Source of the DNA: Octopus vulgaris | Lineage: Eukaryota | Direction of reading: 5' to 3' | Length of the DNA: 64,000 bases | Assembly: GCA_951406725.2 (NCBI GenBank) | Contig: OX597817.1 | Coordinates: 52,824,001 to 52,888,000 of the forward strand | In this document: one piece after another, positions 53,671-64,000 of the stretch | How the letters are laid out: every line of letters starts with the position of its first letter | How positions within the stretch are numbered: position 1 is the first letter of the stretch | Program-made: the position numbers and the translations under genes | Notes under the pieces: generated by a model | What the model saw: the letters and a program-made list of their open reading frames with translations, nothing else | Told to the model about the DNA's origin: nothing | Databases searched by the model: none

Positions 53671-54807
53671 AATATATATAAGCATGTCTAAATATGTAAC
53701 TCTATGCATGAGAAGATATACATAAAACAAAACATACAAATCTGCACATACATACATACATACATACAAACAAAAATACCATGCTGTTGATGTTGAAATT
53801 CCAATGAAGGAGCCTTGGATCATCACCATCATCGTTTAATGTCCATTTTCCATGCTAGCACAGGTTGGATAATTCAACCGGGGTCTAGGAAGCTAGGAGG
53901 CTGCACCAGGCTCCAGTCTGATCTGGCAGTGTTTCTACTGCTGGATGCCCTTCCTAATGCCAACCACTCCGTGAGTGTAGTGGGTGCTTTTTACATGCCA
54001 CCGACACAGGGGCTAGAGGTAGCTGGCAATGGCCACAATCAGTTGGTGCTTTTTATGTTCCACTGGCATGGAAGCCAGTCAAGGTAGCACTGGCATCGGC
54101 CACGTTCGGATGGTGCTTTTATGTGCCATCAGCACGGGTCTCACAACTACAATTTCCATTTGATTTTTATTTTGATGTTGATGTACTTGACTCAATAGGT
54201 CTCCTCAAGCACAGCCGGTCGCCCTATGATCCAGGGTAAGTACAGCAGGCCGTCTTGTGATCCAAGGTACTTTTGGATGGGCTGGGGTTGGTTATGTGAA
54301 ACTGGTGTAGGATATAGCTGTGAACTCACTTTATTTGTCGGGTCTTTGCAGTCACAGCATATTTTAGAAACTGGTTCTTTCTCTATTTGCAAGAAATCTT
54401 GAAATAAAACTGACATACATACATGCATGCATACATACATACATGCATGCATACATACATACTCAAATTCCAATGAAGGAGCTTTGTATCTAGGTTAGAA
54501 ACCAGCTCTTTCTCTATTTGCAAGAAATCTTGAAAAATAACTGAACAATGACACACATACATATATACACATATAGGTATAGGCTTGGCTACAGACACAA
54601 ATATAGCTGTGTGGTTACCAAGATTACTTCTCAACAACATGGTTTCAGGTTTGGTCCCACTGCCTGACACCTTGGCCAAGCCCCCTACTACTATAACCCC
54701 TGATTAACTAAAGCCTTGTGAGTAGATTTGGCTGAGGGAAACTGAAATATGCCCACTTTCTCTCTCCCCATCTGGAGTAGACATGTTTCTCTTCTAATGC
54801 AAGAAAC

Positions 54808-54855
<48 letters not shown>

Positions 54856-55863
54856 CCTTACTGGCACCTGTGCCGGTGGCATGTGTAAAAGATTCGAGCG
54901 AGGTCGTTGCCAGTACTGCCTGACTGGCCCCCATGCCGGTGGCACGTAAAAGCACCCACTACACTCTCGGAGTGATTGGCATTAGGAAGGGCATCAGCTG
55001 TAGAAACTCTGCCAGATCAAGATTGAAGCTTGGTGCAGCCATCTGGTTCGCCAGCTCTCAGTCAAAATCGTCCAACCGATGCTAGCATGGAAAGCGGACA
55101 TTAAACGATGATGATGATGATGATATATATATATATATTTAGACATGCATGCATGGTCCTACCCATGCGTGGGCCTACCCATGCATGGCCCTTCTCATGC
55201 CTGGCCCTTTACATGTATGCATTGAAAACGGATGTTAAACGATGATGATGATGGTGATAATTATGATAATATACACACAGACATACATGGTGAAAGTAAC
55301 TGTAGAAGCAACAATAACACCAGTCAAATCTTGATGTGAAAAACAACTCGCTTTTTATATGCGAGGTGTGTCTTATTTTCTATAAATATAGGTTCTTGTT
55401 GTGTCACAGTGAGTTATACATTCACATTTTATATCTGTGTGTGTCATGCAGCAGCTATTTCACTTGACTAATAATTTAGTTCAGTGCCTGTCAGCCAAGG
55501 TCCATATGACCCTTCGTGGTTCGTATAAATATTTTGTTGTTAAAATTTATGTGCAATAAAGTAGTTATGCTTCTGTAACACACAAAATATTTTAGGAATT
55601 CCTAGTAACATTTAGTGATAAAAATATAATAGGATCTTTTGAATATCAAAATGGTTATGTAGGTTCAGTAGAGTAAAGTAAGAATCAAGTGTATTCTTAA
55701 GCAGAAAAATGGTTGAGAACCACTGATTCAGCTGAAGGGTGAGTAGCTGAATTGTTATGCAACAGGAGATGAATTTCTTTGGATCTGTTGGTTCATTAGC
55801 AATTTTGCAATCTGCAGCTAGCTTCACCACACTCCTCATAATTAGTGCTGGATTAACCATTAA

Positions 55864-56338
55864 CGCTTTCGTTACTGTATTTACTTTGAGATGCTCTGTG
55901 TTTCTTTTAATTAACTTTAAATATAACAAAGAATTTAATAAAATAACTTGGTTATCATTAAGCTAGTGTTAGGAGCATAAATTGTGACTAAGGTTTGGTG
56001 GAAGATTTTGATTCAAAACTTACAAAAACAAGACATTTTTACTACAGAGCCAGAGGTGGTTTTAGTCAGGTTTGTATTGAAAGGGTTAAGAATTGTTTCT
56101 CTATTATATATTTTAACCCTTTTGTTACCGTATTTATTTTGAGATGCTCTGTGTTTCTTTCAATTAATTTTAAATATAACAAATAATTTAGTAAAATAAC
56201 TTGGTTATCATTAAGCTAGTATTAGGAACATAAATTGTGACTAAGGTTTGGTAGAAGATTTTTATTCAAAACTTACAAAAACAAGACATTTGTACTACAG
56301 AGCCAGAGGCGGTTTCAGCTGGGTTGGTAGCGAAAGGA
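55864..56338. mobile_element. Two adjacent copies of a piggyBac-like MITE of about 222 bp (55864-56085 and 56117-56338)
   Basis: Each copy is bounded by TTAA with CCCTTTCGTTAC-like TIRs, and the interiors are highly similar. Confidence 0.85.
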
Positions 56339-58235
56339 TTAAGCAAAATAAGCATGTGCTTAGGGCACCAAGGGAAGGAGAGCACTACAGAAGTGGTAAA
56401 TGGTTTATGGTACAAAAGAAATCACTTTAAACTTGCTAAAATAAACATTATTGAGTGTGCCTTTTGAAATGTAGATGTTGCCTTGCATATATTTTTAACA
56501 TTGTTGTTTGTTCCTTCTCGAAGGGCCAGTTTCCCAGTTTTCTTGGCATGTAGGTTTGTTGCAGGTGAGCTGCAAGATGCAGGAGGAAAGAGTGAGAGAA
56601 AGTTGTGATGAAAGAGTCAGCAGAAGTTCACGATTACCTTCTGCCAGAGTTGCGTGGAGCTTAGGTGTTTTCCCTCATAAACACACACATCGCTCAATCT
56701 GAGATTCAAAAATACGATCCCTCGACTGCAAGTCTGCTGCTCTAACCACTAGGCCATGTGCCTCCACATTTTTAACATTCTTGGTCTCAAATTACTCAGT
56801 TGAAGAATGTTAGAAACCGCATCAGAGAAACTTTTCAACATAGCAGCCTTGATGCCTTTCTCTAAGTATAAAAGCAGATGTGTTATGTAAGATTAATTTG
56901 GAGGATCTGATCAAAGCTATGCAATTAAAAAAAATAGTAGGAAACTTTTCTAATATAAATAAAGTTGGTGTATGCAAAAATAATTATTTTCCATCTTACT
57001 GTTAGTTTTGCTTCATTTTGAAAAATAAAAATTTATTTTACGGTTTATTATTTTTTATATTTTGAATGTCATATATTGTTATTGTTTGTTCCTTCTTGAG
57101 CCATGCCTGGCTCATAAAGGCCAGTTCCTTGGTTTCACTGGCATATAGGTTCCCCACTTTGACGGGATGCTGGTCCATTGCAGGTGAGCTGCTAGCTGCA
57201 GGAGGAAAGAGTGAGAGAAAGTTGTGGCAAAAGAGTCAGCAGAAGTTCACCATTACTGTGTGGAGCTTAGGTGTTTCTCTCATAAAAACACACATCACCC
57301 AGTCTGAGATTTGAACCCAGGAGTCTGCTGCTCTAACCACTAGGCCATGTGCCTCCACACATATATGGGGGAGCATCAAAATCTTTTAAGAGTTTAAGAA
57401 CTCTGTGGGTCTTAATTCAGCCCTGCTCATAATATTATGAATTTCTATGCAAAATACAGTATGGACAGCACATCTTCACACACGTTTATACTGACCCAGA
57501 AATAGAGAGAACCTGTTAAAGTGGCATTTCAGCGGTTACAATGATGAGGGTTCCAGTTGATCCAATCAACTGAACAGTCTGCTCTCGAAAATAAAGTGCA
57601 AGTGACTGAGTACTCCACAGAGATGTGTACCCTTAATGTAATTCTGAAGGAGATTCAGCGTGAGACAGAATGTAACATGGCCAGTTCTTTGAAATACAGG
57701 TACAACTCACTTATGCCAGCTGAGTGAACTGGAGGAATGTGAAATAAAGTGTCTTGCTCAAGGACACAACATGCTGCCAGGAATTGAACTCAGGACCTTA
57801 TGATTATGAACTGAATACCTTTAACCACTGAGTCATGCTTTCATTAGACTCTACCTATAATACTTGACAAATAATGAATCTGAAGGCTGATTCATGGAAT
57901 AGTTTTATGGAATACAGCTCCAATATCTAGGACTGCTGGTATACACAGATCCCTTAGACTATTGGTTCTCAACCATTTTTTACCTTTGATTCATATTTTT
58001 CTTGGACAGGGGACCCCTCACAACCATTCGATATCTAAAAACTCCTATTATATTTTTGTAATTAAATATTATTTAGAAATTGTATGAAAAATTGTTTAAA
58101 TATTTTCTGTATCGTAGAAACACAACCAATTTATTGCACATAAATTTTAACAACAAAATCTTTTATGGTCCTTCAAGGGTCATGTGGACCCTAGTTGAGA
58201 ACCATTGCCCTGAATTGTATAAAATAAAAGTCACC

Positions 58236-58630
58236 AGGTGCAGGAGTGACTGTGTAGTAAGTAGCTTGCTTACTAACTACATGGTTCTGGGTTCAGTCCC
58301 ACTGCGTGGCACCTTGGGCAAGTGTCTTCTACTATAGCCTCGGGCCAACCAAAGCTTTGTGAGTGGATTTGGTATATGAAAACTGAAAGAAGCCCGTCGT
58401 ATATATGTATATATGTGTGTGTGTCTGTGTGTGTGTCTGTGTTTGTCCCCACAACATCACTTGACAACCGATGCTGGTGTGTTTACATACCTGTAATACA
58501 GCGGTTCGGCAAAAGAGACCGACAGAATAAGTACTAGGCTTACAAAGAATAAGTCCTGGGGTCGATTTGCTCGACTAAAGGCGGTGCTCCAGCATGACCA
58601 CAGTCAAATAACTGAAACAAGTAAAAGAGT
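58236..58630 (+). mobile_element. SINE family 1, complete, abutting the truncated gypsy integrase
   Basis: Same structure as 52122-52546. Confidence 0.9.
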
Positions 58631-58858
58631 AACTGATTGACATGAGCCTCCCTAAGAGGCTCCAATTTAATGGAATTCCATATTACTCCATTATACCTTT
58701 CACATTGAGCATTTCCATGAGGATTGTACACGGCAGAATGAGTAATTGCTATACCCCTATCATACAGAAATTGTTTAAGTTCTTTGGATACAAAACATTT
58801 AGCATTATCACTATGAATAACGGCTGGAAATCCGAAAAGATTAAGCAAAACCTTCAAA

Positions 58859-59346
58859 TCTATATATATAAAACTGTAGTTGTGTGAGTGTCTGTCCCCT
58901 TCGATTTAGATTCCTAACTACTCCCACATTTTGCGGTGCAGTTTAACCAAATTCGGGTATCTTATAGTCGTGATTCATATCGAGCCCATCTGAGTATTAG
59001 CGCGCGTCTACGATGAGTCTACGATTTTAAAAATAATTTAACATCATTTTTTATTCCATTTTAATGCATAATTTTTCGTGTGTCGATGGCGGCGGAGTTG
59101 GCGTCCATTGTCACACCTGCACCTGTTTGCTTATCCCCCTTCTTCCCTCCCTCGTGAAGCTGTGGGGAAGGGAGTGTAAGGAAATCAACGTCGTAAAGCG
59201 TTGTCAAGGAGACCAGCGTTCTTTTAGAACAACGACTTCATGGCTAAGAAAGCCCGAATTGGCATCTATAAGGGAAGTAACTCTCTAAAAATGTTTATAT
59301 AGTTATTTCCCTTACAAACCCGAGCAACGCCGGGCGATACTGCTAG
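58859..59346 (+). mobile_element. Non-autonomous Helitron inserted in the integrase
   Basis: A|TCTATATATATAAA at the start and hairpin CCCGAGCAACGCCGGG followed by CTAG|T at the end. Removing it restores the reading ...HSIISNLKVLLNLFG. Confidence 0.9.
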
Positions 59347-59540
59347 TTACTAATAATAGAATGAGCACTAGTATTAGTACATGGAAAAATAAACGAAAAT
59401 GGTTCTTTGACACTGAAGGTAGGGGTCCTTTAAAATCAACACTCAATCTTTCAAAAGCTTGAGTAGATTTAATTACTGACGAAACAGAAGTACATTTTAC
59501 ATCATCTACAGGAGTAAGGTAAATTCCTAACTTTAATATA

Positions 59541-59774
59541 TATTTCTTTACTACCCACAAGGGGCTAAACACAGAGGGGACAAACAAGGACAGACAGACG
59601 GATTAAGTCGATTATATTGACTCCAGTGCGTAACTGGTACTTAATTTATCGACCCCGAGAGGATGAAAGGCAAAGTCCACCTCGGCGGAATTTGAACTCA
59701 GAACGTAACGGCAGACGAAATACCGCTAAGCATTTCGCCCGGCGTGCTAACGTTTCTGCCAGCTCGCCGCCTCT
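59541..59774 (-). mobile_element. Young, complete family-2 SINE with a 13-bp TSD
   Basis: TSD TAACTTTAATATA at 59528-59540 and 59775-59787. CpGs are retained. Confidence 0.92.
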
Positions 59775-59862
59775 TAACTTTAATATAATGAAACAAACGT
59801 GTGATCCCAGGATGACACAGCGCTGCATGAACACGATAGAGTTCATTATCAGTCGTAGCTGT

Positions 59863-61010
59863 TCAATAGGTACGTGATAAAGCATCAGATGCAACATTAA
59901 ACTTACCTTGGCGGTAAATGATATCAAATTGATACCGGGTTAGTTCGATTCGCCAACACATTATCTTTTCGTTTTTAGGTTTACTGAGCTTTTGACAATT
60001 AAACATTAAAGCCACACTGTTTTGCTCAGTTATTAGTGTGAAGTTACGTCCAAGAAGAAAATGAGACCATTTTCTCACAGATTCTACAATAGCTGTCGCC
60101 TCTTTTTCAATACAAGAATAACGACGCTCATTTGGGTTGAGGGTTCTTGAAAAAAATGCGACTGGCTTTCTGATTTGATGTAAAATGCCAGATATAGCTA
60201 CCTCCGATGCGTCTGTTTCTAGTGAGAAAGGAAGGCTTTCATCCATCACTTTTAAGGTAGCGTTTGCTAAATCATTTCGTAAAGTTTTTAAACTTGACAA
60301 GGCTAGTTCATTCAAAGAAAAATATTTAGTATCAACCAATGGTTTTATCTTGTCAGAGAATTTGGGAATCCATTTAGAATAATACGCAAATAGACCAACA
60401 ATTCGACTCAGTGCTTCGTGGGTACTAGGATAGGTAGTTCTAGTAAGGGTTTTACCCGGTCAGGGTCAGGTTTCAAGTTACCATTTTGAATTTCATAGCC
60501 AAGCAATGGAATCCGTGTAGTGCTGTAAATGCATTTGGTTTCATTAAAAGTTAAATTACAGTCCTTAGCAACTTGAAGAAAATGTTTTAAATTTCGATCA
60601 TGTTCTTCCTTCGATTTACCACACACAGTTATGTTGACGATATATGCAAAAGTGGCTCTATAGTTATGGCTTTCGATTATATTATCGATCACTCTCTGGA
60701 AACAGGGCACTGCATTTGTCCGAAAGCAATACGTTTGTTTTGATATAATTTTCCCTGTTCTTCGAAAGCCGTGTAAGGTCGATTTTCAACTGGAATCTCA
60801 ACTTGATGATACGTACTTTTGAGACTTAGTGTGCTAAAATAATTAAATCGAGCTATTTTTGTGACCATGTCATGCATATTTGGCAGTGGGTATCCATCTA
60901 ATTGCGTAAACTTATTTATAGCCTCGCTATAATCAATACACAGTCTCTTGCGATGATTTTTCTCCTGATATTACCAATACCTGGGCTTGCCAGGGAGAAA
61001 CACTGGGTTC
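59863..61010 (-). pseudogene. Gypsy reverse transcriptase and RNase H (frameshifted)
   Basis: YPLPNM...TLSLKSTYHQ...RPYTAF, FQRVIDNI...FAYIVNITVCG (decayed YxDD-equivalent), and LETDASEVAISGIL...PVAFFSRTL...YSCIEKEA. Confidence 0.92.
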
Positions 61011-62895
61011 AGTTACCCCTTCTGCCAGCTCTAGTATCAGCAATAAATTTTTGATTGTTGGCGGACTGTCTTCTCGATTTCGTAACTATGGGTTTACAGT
61101 CGGAGTTTAAATTTTCAAACAACATCGGTGTAATGTCACTTTGAATGCACTTTAGAGCTCCCAAATGTAACGGGGGCTTATCGCCGTCGAAGGTAATTTG
61201 TACATGTTGATGCTGTTTTAAGAAATTTGGTCCTAAAATTATATCTACAAACAAAGTATCTAGTACCACCAGCTTTACTTGCTCGTAAATTCTTCCATGA
61301 AGTTCAATTGAACTCATACAATAACCGTCGCTTTGGGAATGATTTCCATTGAAAGCCATGTTAATTCCATTCCTTTCAGACTTCACCACCAATTTGTTTT
61401 TCTTTGCAAAATTTTTGCTAATATGGTTCGCAGTAGAGCCGGTATTAATCAAAGCAAATGCTTTCACGCCATCAACTGTTATTTTATAATTAACTTTAGC
61501 AGTAGCTCTACCTTGACATAAAGCCGCGGCGAAGTTGCCATCATCAAAAGCTGTTGATGTCTTATCAAAAATTTTACGGTTACTTGACCGGCATTCTTTA
61601 GCAAAATGACCAAAATATCCACATTTGTGACACTTGCTCCGCCTAGCAGGACACTTAAACCTCGGATGAAATTCATTAGATCCGCAAAAGGTACAGGATT
61701 TTTGAGTTCGTTTTGGCGCTGCACAAGCTGTGTTTCCGTCAGGAATTGAGATTTTGTCTTCCTCAGGTGGAATAAACGTTGACAAACAGCTTCCTTGGCT
61801 GTTTATAGCAGACTGACTGCTATTATACACTTCGGAATTCCTTTGAGCAACTTCCAGCGTACGGGCTTGGTTAAATATCGCTTCTAAAGTTATCGACGTG
61901 TCTTGAATATTTTCTAAAAGTCTAAGGCAAGTTGAAGATGACGGTAATCCCGAGATAAATGCGTCACGAACAGCTCCATTTTTGTGAGTTTCAGTTGGAG
62001 AGGAAGACCCTGCCACCGAGAGAATACGAGAAACGATGGAAGGATGTGATGAGAAAGGTGGGTGTTAGTAACCCAGCTTAATCATTGACGAAAGGAAAAG
62101 ATCGTTGCTGGGCCTTATAGGCTGCCGGGTTCGATCTTTTAATCTTTTTATTCGTTTTTTTTTTGCTTTGTTTTCTTATGTGTTTATAAAAAAAGAGTTA
62201 TAGTCTAAGGTTAAATTAATTGTGTATAAAATATATTTTAGTAAATTTTTAAATAATACCATACTATACGATATAACATTTTTGTTTGTCCTGTGTTGTC
62301 CCATTCTGTATAAAATCGTCCTGATCATAATAAAGATTCCATTTTGTGAAATCCGCCGAGGTCGACTTTGCCTTTCTCCCTTTCGGCGTCGATAAATAAA
62401 GTACCAGTTTCCAACTGGGGTCGATGTAATCGGCTTAATCCCTTTGTCTGTCCTTGTTTGTCCCCTCTGTGTTTAGCCCCTTGTGGGCAATAAAGAAATA
62501 CATTTTGTGAGTTTCAGCCTCCATAGCTCTGTATATGCAATCTTTAGCTAGTCGTTTAAATTTCTGTAAATAGTCGTCAACTGATTGGCCTGGTTCTTAT
62601 TTGCATGTCATTAAAAGGTGTCTCGCAAAAATAATGTTCAAAGGTTTCACGTACAGTCTCTCCAGAGTTTGAATTGCTTCTGAGTAATTCTCACATTCAC
62701 TTAATGAGTTCGTAAACGTCTTTAGCTACGTGCGCCATTAAACAGCTAAGTTTGCTTTCATCAGTGATGGCGCTTCAGCAGGAAATGATTCTAAACACTT
62801 TTTAAAGTTCTGAACCAATATTGCCATTCTTTCGAAGCTTCACTCGAACTTGGATGAGCGGTGAACAAATTTGGTTTTATAAATTTGCTGTCCAT
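61009..62895 (-). pseudogene. Gypsy gag and aspartic protease (interrupted at 61996-62500)
   Basis: MDSKFIKP...KEWQYWFRT...IFARHLLMTCK*EPGQSVDDYL...RDAFISGL. Knuckles CTFCGSNEFHPRFKC and CHKCGYFGHFAKEC. Protease motif ALINTGS, with N in place of the catalytic D. Confidence 0.9.
61996..62338 (+). mobile_element. 5'-truncated L1/Tx1-like LINE 3' end inserted in gag
   Basis: LERKTLPPREYEKRWKDVMRKVG...* followed by a T-rich UTR and AATAAA. It is flanked by duplicated CCATTTTTGTGAGTTTCAG. Confidence 0.55.
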
Positions 62896-63056
62896 TTTCT
62901 CTCTTTCTCTAGCTTTCAGCAGGAAATGATTCTAAAAATTTTTTTAAAGTTCTGAACCAATATTTTCATTCTTTCGAAGCTTGACTCGAACTTGGATCAG
63001 TGGTTAACAAATTTGGTTTTATAAATTTGCTGTCCATTCTCTCTCTTTCTCTAGCT
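62774..63056. repeat. Tandem duplication (about 141 bp) of the gag start region
   Basis: TTCAGCAGGAAATGATTCTAAA...TTTCTCTAGCT begins at both 62774 and 62915. Confidence 0.9.
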
Positions 63057-63079
63057 GTATTTTTTTTAGTCGATTAAAT

Positions 63080-63370
63080 TGTTATAAACCCAAACTCGAA
63101 TATCAAAGTTCAAAAGGTTCTGCTCGACTAAAAAATTCAGCAATATACAATACAAACAAAGATTGCTAAATTGTAAGCAAAACCAAACTTCAACGAAATA
63201 ACATTTTCATGCAGCGAGTTGCTACATTCTCGACTAAATCAAAGCTGAACATGTCGTCTGCAAAGCTGAACATGTCGTCTGCAAACAGAACAGAACTCCG
63301 CGCAGTCGCAGTGCAGGCATACAACAGCCAGCAAGACAATCAAAATCACGTGATCAAAACTAAAATCACA
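63080..63370 (-). repeat. Putative 5' LTR of the gypsy element
   Basis: TG...CA bounded segment directly upstream of gag with imperfect inverted termini (TGTTAT and TGTGAT). It contains a 21-bp tandem duplication CAAAGCTGAACATGTCGTCTG. No partner LTR is present to confirm it. Confidence 0.55.
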
Positions 63371-63577
63371 AATGGTTCCGGTATTTCGTCTGCCCGTTAC
63401 GTTGTGAGTTCAAATTCCGCCGAGGTCGACTTTGCCTTTCATCCTTTCGGGGTCGATAAATTAAGCACCAGTTACGCACTGGGGTCGATGTAATCGACTT
63501 AATACCTATGTCTGTCCTTGTTTGACCCCTCTGTGTTTAGCCCCTTGTGGGTAATAAAGAAATAGGTATTGCCTCCC

Positions 63578-63810
63578 GGTACTACTTCAAAACAGTGGTC
63601 CCGGTGCGCGCATCCGCGCTAGCTAGTCATGACTAGTCGATCCTTACTTTGTGTTTTATTTACTTTGTTTAACAAAAATTATTTACTTTAAAAGATCCAC
63701 TTTGTGTAAAAAAAAAAAATTTATTTTGAGTTTTATTTACTTTGCTAGGGTAGTCGTTGTAGGGTCGACTAGTCACGACTAGCTAGCGCCCACTGTTCTC
63801 AAGTGGTACC
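63578..63810. mobile_element. Second Merlin-like MITE copy with a 9-bp TSD
   Basis: GGTACTACTTCAAAACAGTGG and CCACTGTTCTCAAGTGGTACC termini. TSD TTGCCTCCC at 63569-63577 and 63811-63819. Confidence 0.88.
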
Positions 63811-64000
63811 TTGCCTCCCTAGGGTGGGGTGGAAAGTTCCTAGAAGATGTTGAAGAAAAGTTGAGCAATAACGGGGTAGCGATTCATGTAAAAATTGGGG
63901 CTATAATGGGGTGGCGATTCATGTAAAAGCAACAAAATAAAGGGTTTATTAGGTTATAGCTTTGTTAAGCTATACGGAAACAAACGAGTGGAGACGAGTA

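Larger units (their letters stand above)
58645..59860 (-). pseudogene. Gypsy integrase (interrupted and partly deleted)
   Basis: LCHPGITRLFHYIK (zinc-binding H), FERLSVDFKGPLP, FGFPAVIHSDNAKCF and YNPHGNAQCERYNG (DDE core). Confidence 0.9.
58645..63370 (-). mobile_element. Decayed Ty3/gypsy LTR retrotransposon, 3'-truncated, with nested insertions
   Basis: Minus-strand domain order is gag, zinc knuckles, PR, RT, RNase H, IN. A putative 5' LTR lies at 63080-63370. Confidence 0.93.

Noticed and set aside
61009-62016. 335-aa ORF as an intact or domesticated gag gene
   Set aside because: The first residues come from a nested insertion, the protease catalytic Asp is mutated, and the flanking gag-pol is frameshifted.

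Overview
AT-rich, microsatellite-saturated eukaryotic DNA with one 100-N assembly gap. The SINE families and simple-repeat content look most like an octopod cephalopod genome, which is an inference. I found no intact host protein-coding gene, and nearly all ORFs in the supplied track are artefacts of microsatellites or repeats. The window is a layered transposon graveyard. DNA transposons: a full-length decayed DD36E Tc1-type element (9631-10909), DD37D (maT) and mariner remnants, hAT-, Merlin- and piggyBac-type non-autonomous elements with visible TIRs and TSDs, three non-autonomous Helitrons and a Helitron helicase fragment. Retroelements: a decayed Ty3/gypsy element (58645-63370, minus) carrying four nested insertions, 3' fragments of CR1-, RTE-, RLE (R4/Dong-like)- and Tx1-like LINEs, and several tRNA-derived SINE families. 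The most notable signal is a scattered set of Penelope-type minimal hammerhead ribozyme motifs, one with an intact core at 30085-30130 and the others decayed. A CpG-richer block at about 460-1280 with a minus-strand splice donor may be the 5' end of a gene running off the left edge.
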